A DNA stretch of 64,000 bases from assembly GCA_044221725.1 (NCBI GenBank), contig JBGAON010000004.1:221019-285018 (forward strand). Reading direction: 5' to 3'. Positions 39,327 to 50,557 of the stretch are shown piece by piece. This DNA comes from Elusimicrobiota bacterium. Its GTDB lineage: Bacteria; Elusimicrobiota; Elusimicrobia; F11. Made by a program: the position numbers and the translations under genes. The notes beneath the pieces were generated by a model. That model did not search any database, was not told the origin of the DNA, and saw nothing but the letters and a program-made list of their open reading frames with translations. How positions within the stretch are numbered: the first letter of the stretch is position 1; each line of letters begins with the position of its first letter.

Positions 39327-41312
39327 TTATTCCTCTTCTCCTTGAGACGCGCGGAGTTTGGCGAGCACGGAAAAATCTTCGAGCGTGGTGGTGTCGCCAA
39401 CCGTTTCGCGGCCATGGGCAATGTCACGCAACAGACGCCGCATGATTTTTCCGGACCGTGTTTTCGGCAGCGCGTCCGTGAAATGCACTTCGCTCGGTTT
39501 CGCAATCGATCCGATCGCTTTGGCTACGTGCTGTTTCAATTCGTCTTTCAGCGCATCGGACGGAATTATTTGTCCGTGACCGTTTCCCGCTTTTAGGGTC
39601 ACAAAGGAGACGACGGCTTCGCCGGTCAGATCGTCCGGTCGTCCGACCACGGCGGCTTCGGCGACTTTTGGGTGGCTCACGAGCGCGGATTCAATTTCGG
39701 CTGTGCCGAGGCGGTGGCCGGAAACTTTGATTACGTCGTCCACGCGTCCCATAATCCAGTAGTAACCATCTTTGTCGCGATGCGCACCGTCCCCGGTAAA
39801 ATAGATTTCGGAGACACCTTTCTTGTTCGGTTTTACTTGCGACCAATATTGCTTCTTAAACCGTTCCGGGTCGCCCCAAATTGTTCGCATCATGTGCGGC
39901 CAAGGTTTTCGGATGACGAGGAATCCGCCTTCTTTGGAGGGGTCTCCGTTCTTGTCAACAATGTCCGCAACAATTCCCGGAAGCGGACGTGTCGCAGATC
40001 CGGGCTTCGTCGGTGTCGCGCCGGGCAACGGCGATATGAGAATGCCGCCCGTTTCTGTTTGCCACCACGTGTCGACGATGGGGCAGCGCCCGCCGCCAAT
40101 ATTTTTCTGATACCACATCCACGCTTCCGGATTGATCGGTTCACCAACCGATCCGAGCAAACGCAGCGTGGAAAGATCGTGCTTTTTCGGCCACTCCTCG
40201 CCCCATTTCATAAACGCGCGAATGGCGGTCGGTGCCGTGTAGAGAATGGTCACTTTGTGTCGCTCGATGATGTCCCAAAACCGGTCCGGCGCTGGGTGAT
40301 TCGGCGCGCCTTCGTACATAACGATGGTGGCCCCATGGATGAGCGGGCCATACACCACGTAAGTGTGACCGGTTACCCAGCCAATGTCCGCGGTGCACCA
40401 ATAAATGTCGGTATCTTTGAGGTCGAAGACGTTCTTTGTTGTGAACGCGGCGCCCAGCAGGTACCCACCGGTCGAATGCTGAATTCCTTTCGGTTTGCCG
40501 GTCGATCCCGACGTGTAAAGAATATAAAGCGGATGTTCAGCGTCGAGCGCTTCGGCTTTGCAACGGGTAGACGCTTTCGCCATAAGGTCGTGCCACCAAT
40601 AATCGCGGCCTGCTTGCATGTGAATGATTTGCTTTGTGCGCTGATACACGATGACGGTTTTGATGCCGGCGCAATTCTTCAACGCTTCATCAACGGCGTC
40701 TTTTAGATTGATGGACACGCCGCGGCGAAAACCACCATCGGCCGTAATCACAAATGTCGCTTTCGCATCCGTGATTCGGTCGACGAGCGACTGCGCACTG
40801 AATCCGCCGAAAACAACCGAGTGCGTGGCGCCGATGCGCGCGCACGCGAGCATCGCCATCGCGAGCTCCGGCACCATCGGCATATAAATGATGACACGAT
40901 CGCCTTTTTTAACGCCCTGATCTTTGAGCACATTGGCGAATTTGCACACCTCGCTATGCAATTGGTTGTAGGTAAGAACGCGTTGGTCGCCGGGCTCGCC
41001 TTCCCAAATAATGGCTGCTTTATTTTTGCGCCACGTGCTCAAATGCTGATCGAGACAGTTGTACGATGCATTAATTTTCCCGCCGATGAACCATTTTGCG
41101 AAAGGTGCTTTCCATTCCAACGTTTTTTTCCATGGCTTGAACCAGGCAAGCAGTTCTTTGGCCTTTTCCGCCCAAAATTTTTCGGGATTTTTTATTGACG
41201 CTGAATAGAGGCGTTCGTAATCGCGGAGGCTTTTTACGTGAGCGTTTTTCGAGAAGTCAGGCGATGGGCGAAAAATGCGTTTTTCTTTGAGAATGGATGT
41301 TATCTCGGACAT
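39327..41312 (-). CDS. acs: acetyl-CoA synthetase (AMP-forming)
   Basis: 661 aa. Contains [19 protein letters not shown] and a C-terminal SGKIMRR. Confidence 0.97.
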   Translation of the reverse strand: MSEITSILKEKRIFRPSPDFSKNAHVKSLRDYERLYSASIKNPEKFWAEKAKELLAWFKPWKKTLEWKAPFAKWFIGGKINASYNCLDQHLSTWRKNKAAIIWEGEPGDQRVLTYNQLHSEVCKFANVLKDQGVKKGDRVIIYMPMVPELAMAMLACARIGATHSVVFGGFSAQSLVDRITDAKATFVITADGGFRRGVSINLKDAVDEALKNCAGIKTVIVYQRTKQIIHMQAGRDYWWHDLMAKASTRCKAEALDAEHPLYILYTSGSTGKPKGIQHSTGGYLLGAAFTTKNVFDLKDTDIYWCTADIGWVTGHTYVVYGPLIHGATIVMYEGAPNHPAPDRFWDIIERHKVTILYTAPTAIRAFMKWGEEWPKKHDLSTLRLLGSVGEPINPEAWMWYQKNIGGGRCPIVDTWWQTETGGILISPLPGATPTKPGSATRPLPGIVADIVDKNGDPSKEGGFLVIRKPWPHMMRTIWGDPERFKKQYWSQVKPNKKGVSEIYFTGDGAHRDKDGYYWIMGRVDDVIKVSGHRLGTAEIESALVSHPKVAEAAVVGRPDDLTGEAVVSFVTLKAGNGHGQIIPSDALKDELKQHVAKAIGSIAKPSEVHFTDALPKTRSGKIMRRLLRDIAHGRETVGDTTTLEDFSVLAKLRASQGEEE

Positions 41313-41343
41313 GATCCTCTCCTTAAAAAATTAAGAAAGGATC
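41313..41343 (-). promoter_or_regulatory. hairpin that can sequester the acs Shine-Dalgarno
   Basis: The minus strand reads GATCCTTTCTTAA-TTTT-TTAAGGAGAGGATC followed directly by ATG. The 3' arm contains AAGGAGAGG. Confidence 0.4.
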
Positions 41344-41357
41344 ATAGAAAAATAGAA

Positions 41358-41451
41358 CTGGGCCCATGTTGGTTAGGGGTCAACACGGGCCCAGCTACTT
41401 AAGCTTACTTTAAATTGGGACCTGTGTTAGAAGAGGGGGTAACACAGGCCC
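41358..41451. repeat. two related GGGCCC-type REP-like hairpins
   Basis: CTGGGCCCATGTTG..CAACACGGGCCCAG (41358-41394) and GGGACCTGTGTTA..TAACACAGGCCC (41417-41451), between a gene end and the acs start. Confidence 0.7.
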
Positions 41452-41474
41452 AAAAATTTGTTTCCGCTATCTCA

Positions 41475-41879
41475 TTATCCGGCCCACGCGAGCGCGAGTT
41501 GCAGCACCGATGCGAGTCCAAAAACACCGAGCGCCGTCGCCAGCGCAAACACCGCGGCCAAGCCGACTGTTTCAATTGTTTTTTTGCCACGGCGGCGGGC
41601 ATTAACTTCGCGCGTTGTTGGCAGCATCGGGATGTCCCTCGGGATGAGTGCGCGCACATCGTCGAGCGCAATCTCCTCCAACATGACGTCGTCTTCTGCT
41701 GGCGCCTTTTCCTGTATTTTCAAATCCATCAAGTTGAATCGTTCGCGAATCTTCGCGTCCAGCACCATGAGGTTCATCGCGAGAGCGCTATCCTGACCGA
41801 GCAACTGGTGCTCAATCGCCTCCATTTCTCGCAACAGGTCTTCGTACGTTATCTGCCCTCTTCGTCTCAGTTGAAACAT
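41475..41879 (-). CDS. hypothetical tail-anchored membrane protein
   Basis: 134 aa. Acidic helical N-terminal part and a single C-terminal TM (VGLAAVFALATALGVFGLASVL). Confidence 0.6.
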   Translation of the reverse strand: MFQLRRRGQITYEDLLREMEAIEHQLLGQDSALAMNLMVLDAKIRERFNLMDLKIQEKAPAEDDVMLEEIALDDVRALIPRDIPMLPTTREVNARRRGKKTIETVGLAAVFALATALGVFGLASVLQLALAWAG

Positions 41880-41963
41880 ACCAACCCTCCCTTCGATTGC
41901 TTCGGTGCTGACTCGAGTCTAGCGGGGGGCTGGTGATAAAGCGGTGACAGGAGCGGGAAAAAC

Positions 41964-42515
41964 CTAAGAAATGCGCGGCGGAGTAATGCCTATCTTTTTA
42001 AGCGCTTCTGACGCGGCGTTTTTGACTTCTGGGTTGGAATCCTGTCTAGTCTGGAGCAGTGCCGGGCCCGCATCTTGGGCGGCCAACGGGCCCATTTGGC
42101 CCAGCGCGCGCGCGGCTTCCTCTCTCATTAATGGGTGGGAATCCTTCAGTGCTTCGGTCAGCTCCGGAATGGCCGAGCGCGCGCTCGGGCCAAACCGCTC
42201 CAGAACCGAGGCGGCGCTAACGCGTACAAAGACGTCGGCGTTTTGCAGAGTTTCGCGCAAACCATCAACGGCGGACGGCCCCAAAAGAATTAACGCGTCC
42301 ACAGCACGGTTGGCGGCACGGGGTTCGCTGCCCGCCACATAGACCAAGAGGGGTTTTACGAGAGCCGCTTTGTTGGGCTCCGACAGCCGATTCATTTTCT
42401 TAATTGCGTTGATGCGCACGCGTTCGTCTTCCGAGACGAGCCGCTGATCGAGGGGTTTAAATAGAGAGCATGCGGTAAGCCCACATATAATAAGGAGAGA
42501 AAAGTTGCGCCGCAT
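41964..42515 (-). CDS. HEAT-repeat lipoprotein
   Basis: Lipobox LLIICGLTAC. Repeated units of the type RV.A...L..LGP.A..A.P.L..AL.D... Confidence 0.8.
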   Translation of the reverse strand: MRRNFSLLIICGLTACSLFKPLDQRLVSEDERVRINAIKKMNRLSEPNKAALVKPLLVYVAGSEPRAANRAVDALILLGPSAVDGLRETLQNADVFVRVSAASVLERFGPSARSAIPELTEALKDSHPLMREEAARALGQMGPLAAQDAGPALLQTRQDSNPEVKNAASEALKKIGITPPRIS

Positions 42516-42647
42516 TTGACAGCATTTTAATCATTTTTGTTACAATCCCGCCGAGTTTGGGCTTTGTTCCACCAGGAGTTGGCTGTAGAACCCACCAGAC
42601 AAAACGATTCTTCCCAAGACAAAAAAACAGAATCAAGCAGTTGGGCC

Positions 42648-42818
42648 ATGGCATCCGAAGGGATGCAATTGGCGGTGACGCTGCTTCTTTTCGTTGGCTT
42701 GGGCGTTTGGTTGGATGGAAAGAAAAATTCCTCTCCGTGGTTTACGCTTGCCGGCTCGTTCGTTGGTATTGTTGTTGGGTTGTATGGCTTTCTCCGTAAA
42801 TTCATAAAGAAATCGTGA
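42648..42818 (+). CDS. AtpZ/AtpR-like small membrane protein (putative F0F1 accessory subunit)
   Basis: Internal ATG 42648 gives 56 aa with 2 TM helices (MQLAVTLLLFVGLGVWLD..WFTLAGSFVGIVVGLYGF). First gene of the atp operon. Confidence 0.6.
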   Translation: MASEGMQLAVTLLLFVGLGVWLDGKKNSSPWFTLAGSFVGIVVGLYGFLRKFIKKS

Positions 42819-43096
42819 GTCACGACGTTCAAAAAGGAATCCTCGTCGGTTTGTGCTTGGCTGTTTTGCAAGCGACCTTGTCGGTGGCGGTTCTCAAGTG
42901 GGTGTGGAACAAAAAATCTTTTTACGCCGCGTGGGGCATCGGCACATTGGCGCGTTTCGTGATTTTTGGGCTCACGGCGTACGTTGTTCACCGACACACA
43001 AGTTTGGATTTGGCGTCGACGTTGATCAGTCTTGTCCTCGCCACAATGTTGTTCATGATTATTGAGGTAAAAAGTTTTTTGGCACCAAAGAAATAA
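42815..43096 (+). CDS. atpI: ATP synthase protein I-like membrane protein
   Basis: 93 aa with about 3-4 TM helices. The GTG start overlaps the preceding stop. It lies directly upstream of atpB. Confidence 0.65.
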   Translation: MSHDVQKGILVGLCLAVLQATLSVAVLKWVWNKKSFYAAWGIGTLARFVIFGLTAYVVHRHTSLDLASTLISLVLATMLFMIIEVKSFLAPKK

Positions 43097-43843
43097 ATGG
43101 ATTTTCTTCACGTACTCGAACATCATATTTTGGATCACCGAATTTCGACACTGTTCATAATGGGCGGCATCGAGTTCGCGCTCACGAAACACATGGTTAT
43201 GTTGTGGGTTGCAGCCGGTCTTTTGATTATGTCGGCCCCGCTTCTCGCGCGAGCGTGGCCGCAAATTCCGTCTGGACCGCACGCATTCCTCGAAATTTTT
43301 GTGGTTTTTATCCGCGACGAAATTGTTCTTCCCAACACCGGCGACGAAGGCCGGCCTTACCTTCCTTACTTTTTCACTCTTTTCTTTTTCATTCTTACCG
43401 TTAACTTGCTGGGTCTTTTGCCGGGATCGTCGTCCGCCACGGGAAATGTTTCGGTTACCGGCGGTTTGGCCATTTGTTCGTTTTTCCTCGTTAATATTGC
43501 CGGTATTCGCGAGCACGGCTTCCTGCAGCATTTCAAAAATTTTATCCCGCATGGCCTGCCGGTATGGCTAATTCCTCTTATGTTGCCTCTCGAAATTCTT
43601 GGACTTTTCACTCGCGCGTTCGCGCTCTGTATTCGTCTTTTCGCAAACATGTTTGCGGGTCACATCGTGTTGCTCGCTTTCTTATGCTTGAGCTTCTTGC
43701 TGGGAACCGTTTTTGCCTCGCTTTTTTCGGTGCCGATTGCCGTGGGGTTGTCGGTGCTTGAAACGTTCGTTTGTTTTCTTCAGGCGTATATTTTTACGTT
43801 TTTAACAGCAATTTTTGTGGGAGCGACGCTGCATCCCCATTAG
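43097..43843 (+). CDS. atpB: F0 ATP synthase subunit a
   Basis: Contains LALCIRLFANMFAGHIVL, which includes the essential Arg. Confidence 0.95.
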   Translation: MDFLHVLEHHILDHRISTLFIMGGIEFALTKHMVMLWVAAGLLIMSAPLLARAWPQIPSGPHAFLEIFVVFIRDEIVLPNTGDEGRPYLPYFFTLFFFILTVNLLGLLPGSSSATGNVSVTGGLAICSFFLVNIAGIREHGFLQHFKNFIPHGLPVWLIPLMLPLEILGLFTRAFALCIRLFANMFAGHIVLLAFLCLSFLLGTVFASLFSVPIAVGLSVLETFVCFLQAYIFTFLTAIFVGATLHPH

Positions 43844-43850
43844 ATCATAC

Positions 43851-43933
43851 TCGTCACCCTACGACCTTATTAATAAGGACGTAGGGCCCATTTAAACTTG
43901 GATCCTGGATAGAAACATTCCAGGATGATGAAA
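43851..43933. repeat. atp intergenic composite hairpin element, copy 1 (atpB|atpE)
   Basis: TCGTC terminus. 15-bp arm palindrome CCCTACGACCTTATT/AATAAGGACGTAGGG (43857-43886). GGGCCCATTTAAACTTGG. Hairpin ATCCTGGA-N9-TCCAGGAT (43902-43926). TGATGAA terminus. Confidence 0.85.
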
Positions 43934-43950
43934 CTAAAAGGAGTCACACA

Positions 43951-44247
43951 ATGAATCAGTCGTTGTATATTGGTCTTGGATACTTGGCCGCAGGTTTTGG
44001 CGCCGGTATTTGTTTGTTCTCAGCCGCGTTCGGTATTGCTCGTTTGGCCAACGCTGCTCTCGAAGGTACCGCCCGTCAGCCTGAAGCCGCCGGCGATCTG
44101 CGTACATCAATGATCATTCCAGCCGCTCTCATCGAAGGCCTTGGTTTGTTCGCGCTCGTTATTTGTTTGTTGTTGGCGCTGAAGAAAGGTCCAGAAGCCG
44201 TTGAAGCTGGCCACGAAGCACCCGCTGCCGCGACACAAGCGCACTAA
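43951..44247 (+). CDS. atpE: F0 ATP synthase subunit c
   Basis: Contains GTARQPEA and PAALIEGLGLFALVI (carboxylate E). It has an unusual roughly 20-aa C-terminal tail, KKGPEAVEAGHEAPAAATQAH. Confidence 0.95.
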   Translation: MNQSLYIGLGYLAAGFGAGICLFSAAFGIARLANAALEGTARQPEAAGDLRTSMIIPAALIEGLGLFALVICLLLALKKGPEAVEAGHEAPAAATQAH

Positions 44248-44252
44248 ATAAT

Positions 44253-44347
44253 TTGTCGTCCCCGCGAAGGCGGGGACCCAGGCACCGGTAGTTTGCACAA
44301 CGACTGCAAGTAACTGGGCCCCTGCCTCCGCGGGGGCGACGATGAGG
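44253..44347. repeat. atp intergenic element, copy 2 (atpE|atpF)
   Basis: TCGTC..GACGATGA termini. Tight hairpin GTCCCCGC-GAAG-GCGGGGAC (44258-44277) right after the atpE stop. GGGCCCCTGCCTCCGCGGGGGC follows. Confidence 0.7.
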
Positions 44348-44355
44348 GAACGTCT

Positions 44356-44856
44356 ATGGACAATATTTTAAAGCCCGACGTCGGGCTCATGATCACGACG
44401 ATCGTAACGTTTGTTTTGCTTGTTTTTGTTTTGCGCAAAGCGGCGTGGAAGCCCATCTTGGATGGCATCGATAGCCGCGAAGGAAAAATTCGTGGTGACT
44501 TGGACCGCGCCGAGAAAGCCCAGAAAGAAGCCGAAGCGCTTCGTCAAAAATACGAATCGCAACTGAGCGAAGCGCAGCGCACCATCCAAGAAATGGTGAG
44601 CCAAGCGAAAAAAGAGGCGGAACGTTCGCGCGGCGAGCTTTTGGCTGCTGCAAAAGAGGAATCGCAACGCACGCTTGAAAAAGGGCGGCGCGATCTTGAG
44701 GGGGAAACCGAGAAACTGAAGAGCCAGCTGCGAAACGAAGTGGCCGGCTTATCGGTGGCGATCGCCGAAAAAATTGTCCATCGCGCAATCGATCAGAAAG
44801 TTCAAGAAGATGTCTTGAAAGACGCGTTGAAAAACGTTGCGGGTTCCAAGTCATGA
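44356..44856 (+). CDS. atpF: F0 ATP synthase subunit b
   Basis: N-terminal TM followed by a long charged helix (EAEALRQKYESQLSEAQ..). Confidence 0.9.
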   Translation: MDNILKPDVGLMITTIVTFVLLVFVLRKAAWKPILDGIDSREGKIRGDLDRAEKAQKEAEALRQKYESQLSEAQRTIQEMVSQAKKEAERSRGELLAAAKEESQRTLEKGRRDLEGETEKLKSQLRNEVAGLSVAIAEKIVHRAIDQKVQEDVLKDALKNVAGSKS

Positions 44857-45389
44857 GAAACGTTACGGTGTCACGGCGCTACGCGCGCGCGCTGTACCAG
44901 CTTGCCGTGGAAACCAAGTCGCTCGACGACGTTTTGCAAGCCATCGCCAATGTGGCGCACGCATACGCATCATCGGATGATTTCAAGCGAATTGCTTTGA
45001 ACCCGCTTGTGAAAGCGGAGATCAAGCAGAAGTTGATGTCGAGCGTCACATCGAACAAGCTCGTGCTGAAATTTACGGATTTGTTGGTGCGCCGCAAACG
45101 CGTGGACTTGTTGCCGATCATCCACGAACAATTCGTCGCCATGGCCGATGAGATGCACGGTTTGCACCGCGCGCTCGTAAAAACGGCCATGCCGCTTACG
45201 GACGCGCAAAAGCGAACTATCGAGTCGGATTTGGCTCAGCGGCTCGGCGGAAAAATTCTTGGGCAGTTTGAAGTAGCAAAAGACCTGATCGGTGGAGTTT
45301 GGGTCAAAATGGGAGATAAGGTGTTGGATGCGTCCATCAAAGGGCGCATCGAAACGTTTCGGCATCAACTGATGCACAGCACGAACTGA
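44853..45389 (+). CDS. atpH: F1 ATP synthase subunit delta (OSCP)
   Basis: 178 aa starting VSRRYARALYQLA, with IGGVWVKMGDKVLDASIKGRI near the C-terminus. Confidence 0.9.
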   Translation: MRNVTVSRRYARALYQLAVETKSLDDVLQAIANVAHAYASSDDFKRIALNPLVKAEIKQKLMSSVTSNKLVLKFTDLLVRRKRVDLLPIIHEQFVAMADEMHGLHRALVKTAMPLTDAQKRTIESDLAQRLGGKILGQFEVAKDLIGGVWVKMGDKVLDASIKGRIETFRHQLMHSTN

Positions 45390-45390
45390 C

Positions 45391-45432
45391 GCGTAAGCGG
45401 GCCCCTGGATAGAGGCATTCCAGGGTGACGAA
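45391..45432. repeat. atp intergenic element, copy 3 (half element, atpH|atpA)
   Basis: GCGGGCCCCTGGATAGAGGCATTCCAGGGTGACGAAC, with hairpin CCCTGGA-N9-TCCAGGG. Confidence 0.75.
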
Positions 45433-45446
45433 CAAAAGGAATATTT

Positions 45447-46961
45447 ATGGCAATCAAACCGGAAGAAATCACAAGCGCATTAAAGAAACAAATCGCCGAG
45501 CTCGATGGCAAAGCGGAGCTTCAAGAAGTCGGTCACGTTCTTCAGATCGGTGACGGTATCGCAAGCGTTTATGGACTCGAGTCCGCGCTGAACGGCGAAT
45601 TGCTGGTGTTTCCCGAGAATACCTACGGCATGGTGCTCAATTTGGAATCCGATTCGGTCGGCGCCGCAATTTTGGGACGTGATACGCACATTAAAGAGGG
45701 CGATATCGTTAAGCGGACAAAACGCATCATGGAAGTGCCGGTTGGCGACGACCTCATTGGTCGCGTCGTGAACGCGCTCGGTGCGCCGATCGACGGAAAA
45801 GGTCCGATCAAAACGAAGAAAACACGTCCCGTCGAAGTTATCGCTTCCGGTGTTGTGGACCGTCAGTCGGTGCGCGAGCCGCTTCAAACCGGTATCAAAG
45901 CCATCGACGCAATGATCCCGATCGGTCGTGGGCAACGCGAACTCATCATCGGCGATCGTCAAACCGGAAAAACCGCAATTGCGGTCGATACGATCATTAA
46001 CCAGAAGAACGCCAAAGATCGCCCCATTTGTATTTACGTGGCCATTGGGCAGAAACAATCAACAATCGCTTCCGTTGTGCAAACATTGACGGATGCGGGC
46101 GCGATGGATTACACCATCATCGTGGCCGCGAGCGCAGCCGAACAAGCGCCGCTGCAATATCTGGCCCCCTACACCGGTGTGACGATGGGCGAAGAATTTT
46201 CATGGAATGGACGTCATGTACTCTGCATCTATGACGATTTAACAAAGCATGCTCAAGCGTATCGCCAAATGTCGCTTCTGCTGCGCCGCCCTCCGGGTCG
46301 CGAAGCGTATCCCGGCGACGTTTTCTATTTGCACTCACGATTGTTGGAGCGCGCGTGCAAATTGTCGAAAGAGCACGGCGGTGGTTCCATCACGGCGCTT
46401 CCTATCATTGAAACGCAAGCGAGCGACGTGTCGGCGTATATTCCGACAAACGTTATTTCAATTACCGATGGACAGATCTATTTGGAAAGCAGCTTGTTTT
46501 ATTCCGGTGTGCGCCCGGCCGTCAACGTCGGACTTTCCGTGTCCCGTGTCGGTGGCAGTGCGCAGATTAAGGCAATGCGGCAGATTTCCGGTCAACTGCG
46601 TTTGGATCTTGCGCAGTACAACGAACTCGCGGCGTTTGCGCAGTTTGCGTCGGAACTCGACAAAACCTCGCTCGCGAAACTCGCGCGCGGTCAACGCATG
46701 GTGGAGCTTTTGAAACAAGGTCAGTACGTTCCATTGGACGTCGCGAAACAAGTGATCGCCATTTTCGCCGGCGTGAAAGGTTTCTTGGACGATATCGCGG
46801 TCAGCAAGGTGCGGGATTTCGAAGCGGGGCTGCTCAGCCACGTGGAAACCAAAGCACCGGACATGCTCGACGAAATTAAAAAGGGCGATAAGATGTCCGA
46901 CGCGTTCATGGAAAAACTGACGAATTTGATTAAGGACTTTAAAAAGGGGTTCGCCCAATAG
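45447..46961 (+). CDS. atpA: F1 ATP synthase subunit alpha
   Basis: Walker A GDRQTGKT. The family signature is present along the full length. Confidence 0.98.
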   Translation: MAIKPEEITSALKKQIAELDGKAELQEVGHVLQIGDGIASVYGLESALNGELLVFPENTYGMVLNLESDSVGAAILGRDTHIKEGDIVKRTKRIMEVPVGDDLIGRVVNALGAPIDGKGPIKTKKTRPVEVIASGVVDRQSVREPLQTGIKAIDAMIPIGRGQRELIIGDRQTGKTAIAVDTIINQKNAKDRPICIYVAIGQKQSTIASVVQTLTDAGAMDYTIIVAASAAEQAPLQYLAPYTGVTMGEEFSWNGRHVLCIYDDLTKHAQAYRQMSLLLRRPPGREAYPGDVFYLHSRLLERACKLSKEHGGGSITALPIIETQASDVSAYIPTNVISITDGQIYLESSLFYSGVRPAVNVGLSVSRVGGSAQIKAMRQISGQLRLDLAQYNELAAFAQFASELDKTSLAKLARGQRMVELLKQGQYVPLDVAKQVIAIFAGVKGFLDDIAVSKVRDFEAGLLSHVETKAPDMLDEIKKGDKMSDAFMEKLTNLIKDFKKGFAQ

Positions 46962-47045
46962 CGTCGGCCTGGAATGTCTTAATCCAGGGCCCACTTTGCA
47001 GAATATAGAGTGGATTCGGACGAAAGACGTGCCGGGATGACGACT
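46961..47045. repeat. atp intergenic element, copy 4 (atpA|atpG)
   Basis: GCGTCGG, then hairpin CCTGGA-ATGTCTTAA-TCCAGG, then GGCCCACTTTG..GGGATGACGAC. Confidence 0.75.
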
Positions 47046-47053
47046 TAAATACC

Positions 47054-47935
47054 ATGGCTTCGTTACGAGAATTACGCCGCAAAGTTAAATCCGTTAAATC
47101 GACGCAGCAGATCACGAAAGCGATGAAGCTCGTGTCCGCGGCGCGGCTCAACCGAGCACAGGAGCGCATTGTCTCCGCGCGTCCGTTTGCGAACAACTTG
47201 GAAGCGCTGCTTCAAACCATTTCTCATTTGATCGAAGTCGAAGCGAGAGAAAAAGGGATCCTGGCGGATCATCATCCGCTTCTGAAAGAACGCACCGGGA
47301 ATCGGCTCGATGTTGTTCTTGTAACGGCCGATCGCGGCCTTTGCGGTGGCTTCAATGCGAACTTGATTCGGAAAGCGGTCCAATATTTGCGCGAGCATCA
47401 AGACGCGGACATTCATCTTTGGCTTGTCGGGAAGAAAGGGCGTGACTTTTTCCGCCGCATCTCGAAAAACGTCGAGAAAGAATACGTGGGAATCTTTCAG
47501 TCCCTTTCGTTCGTGCAGGCGGAAATTATCGGTAAAGATTTGATCGATGCATTTTTGAAAACGGACACGCGCGGCATCGTGTTTATCTACAACGAGTTTA
47601 AATCACGTTTGCAGCAACAACTTGTGATTAAGCCGCTCTTGCCTATCCGTCCGTTCGAAGCGGTGCCGTCGTCGCTCGAATACATTTACGAACCGAACCG
47701 GGGCGAGATTTTGGAAGAACTGCTGCCGCGGTACGTGAAAGCGCAAATTTTCCGAATTTTGTTGGAATCACAGGCGGCGGAACTCGCGGCGCGCATGGCC
47801 GCAATGGACAACGCCACGAACAACGCGCGCGATCTAATCAGTTCGCTCACGCTCACAATGAACAAAGTGCGGCAGGCTGGTATCACGAAAGAACTCGCAG
47901 AAATCGTGAGCGGCGCGGAAGCACTACAGAATTAG
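47054..47935 (+). CDS. atpG: F1 ATP synthase subunit gamma
   Basis: Starts MASLRELRRKVKSVKSTQQITKAMKLVSAARL and ends ITKELAEIVSGAEAL. Confidence 0.95.
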   Translation: MASLRELRRKVKSVKSTQQITKAMKLVSAARLNRAQERIVSARPFANNLEALLQTISHLIEVEAREKGILADHHPLLKERTGNRLDVVLVTADRGLCGGFNANLIRKAVQYLREHQDADIHLWLVGKKGRDFFRRISKNVEKEYVGIFQSLSFVQAEIIGKDLIDAFLKTDTRGIVFIYNEFKSRLQQQLVIKPLLPIRPFEAVPSSLEYIYEPNRGEILEELLPRYVKAQIFRILLESQAAELAARMAAMDNATNNARDLISSLTLTMNKVRQAGITKELAEIVSGAEALQN

Positions 47936-49399
<1,464 letters not shown>

Positions 49400-49476
49400 T
49401 TCGTCGCCCTGGAATGTTTTTATCCGGGGCCCATTCTAACTTGGATCCTGGATTGAGACATTCCAGGATGACGAAA
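49400..49476. repeat. atp intergenic element, copy 5 (atpD|atpC)
   Basis: TTCGTCGCCCTGGAATGTTTTTATCCGGGGCCCATTCTAACTTGGATCCTGGATTGAGACATTCCAGGATGACGAAA. The last 50 nt match copy 1 at 45/50 by hand alignment. Confidence 0.85.
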
Positions 49477-49485
49477 TAAAAAACT

Positions 49486-49926
49486 ATGGCCATACATTTG
49501 GAACTCATCACGCCAGAAAAAATGGCGTTCAGCGAAGAAGTGGATTTCGTAGCGGCGCCGACGCCGCAAGGGGAGCTCGGTATTTTGCCGCGGCACGCGC
49601 CGTTGTTGAGTCAGCTCGCGCTTGGGCAACTGCGTTTTAAAGTGGGGAATATCACGCAGGCGGTCGCCGTAACGGGCGGGTTTCTCGAAGTGAAACCGAA
49701 CAGCCGTGTTTCTATTTTCGCCGAAACAGCGGAGTTCGCCGACCAGATCGACGTCGAGCGTGCGCGCTTGGCCGCCGAACGGGCGAAAGCAAAACTCGCG
49801 GAACCCAAACATGATCTTACCGGCGAGGAGCTCGCGCACGTGGAATCGGCGCTCACGCGGGCTCTGCTTCGCATTAAGATTGGCGAACAAAAGTGGCGTA
49901 AACAAAAACCCGAAGGCGTCCACTAA
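49486..49926 (+). CDS. atpC: F1 ATP synthase subunit epsilon
   Basis: 146 aa in the typical operon position. Beta-sandwich N-terminal part and a helical C-terminal part. Confidence 0.9.
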   Translation: MAIHLELITPEKMAFSEEVDFVAAPTPQGELGILPRHAPLLSQLALGQLRFKVGNITQAVAVTGGFLEVKPNSRVSIFAETAEFADQIDVERARLAAERAKAKLAEPKHDLTGEELAHVESALTRALLRIKIGEQKWRKQKPEGVH

Positions 49927-50438
49927 TGGCTGTGCTTCGCATCACGCGGCACGGCGAAGCGGTGCTTCGCAAAGTGGCGCAGCCGGTTCAAGACCTTGGA
50001 CCGGAAACCCAAAAACTTATCGAAGATATGTACGAAACCATGTACGACGCGCAAGGCATTGGTTTGGCCGCGCCACAAGTGGGCGTTTCCTTGCGTCTTG
50101 CCGTGGTCAACGTGACGCCGGAAAAGCGCCGCAATCAATTTGTAATGATCAACCCAAAAATTGTGAAGCGCGAAGGAAAGATCGACAGTGATGAAGGGTG
50201 TTTGTCGCTGCCGCACGTGGGTGGCGCGCTCATTAAGCGTTCGGAAAAGGTCACCGTTGAAGCGCTGAACGAAAAGGGTTTCCCGATCCGCATCACGGGG
50301 GATGGTCTCCTCGCGCGTTGTCTGCAACATGAAATCGATCATTTGGATGGAAAGCTCATTTACAACCGTGCGCCGCTCAAGCGCCGCCTGCAGATCAATT
50401 GGGCGATAAGGAAGCTGAAAAAAGAAGGCCTCTGGTAA
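49926..50438 (+). CDS. def: peptide deformylase
   Basis: Contains GIGLAAPQVG, EGCLSLP and QHEIDHLDG. Confidence 0.95.
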   Translation: MAVLRITRHGEAVLRKVAQPVQDLGPETQKLIEDMYETMYDAQGIGLAAPQVGVSLRLAVVNVTPEKRRNQFVMINPKIVKREGKIDSDEGCLSLPHVGGALIKRSEKVTVEALNEKGFPIRITGDGLLARCLQHEIDHLDGKLIYNRAPLKRRLQINWAIRKLKKEGLW

Positions 50439-50443
50439 AGCGG

Positions 50444-50557
50444 TCATTGCGAGCCCAGTCATTCATCGTAAATAGAACTGGGCGAAGCAATCTAACGAGC
50501 CAGGATTTGCTTCGCCAGCTCTTATTAATGAATATATTGATGCTGAGCTCGCAATGA
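50444..50557. repeat. nested long hairpin / MITE-like element between def and fmt
   Basis: Outer 11-bp arms TCATTGCGAGC (50444-50454) and GCTCGCAATGA (50547-50557), which cover the fmt ATG at 50554. Inner stems ATTCAT/ATGAAT and CTGGGCGAAGCAA/TTGCTTCGCCAG. Confidence 0.75.

Noticed and set aside
38726-39445. 239-aa plus-strand ORF that translates the tandem repeat as PPTLLVETARGWKPLPTLPVETARGGKK
   Set aside because: Most of it is antisense to serS and acs. The repeated peptide is simply the DNA repeat read through. No start context.
42527-43552. 341-aa minus-strand ORF
   Set aside because: It is antisense to atpZ/atpI/atpB. The translation is low-complexity and basic, with no SD. Shadow ORF.
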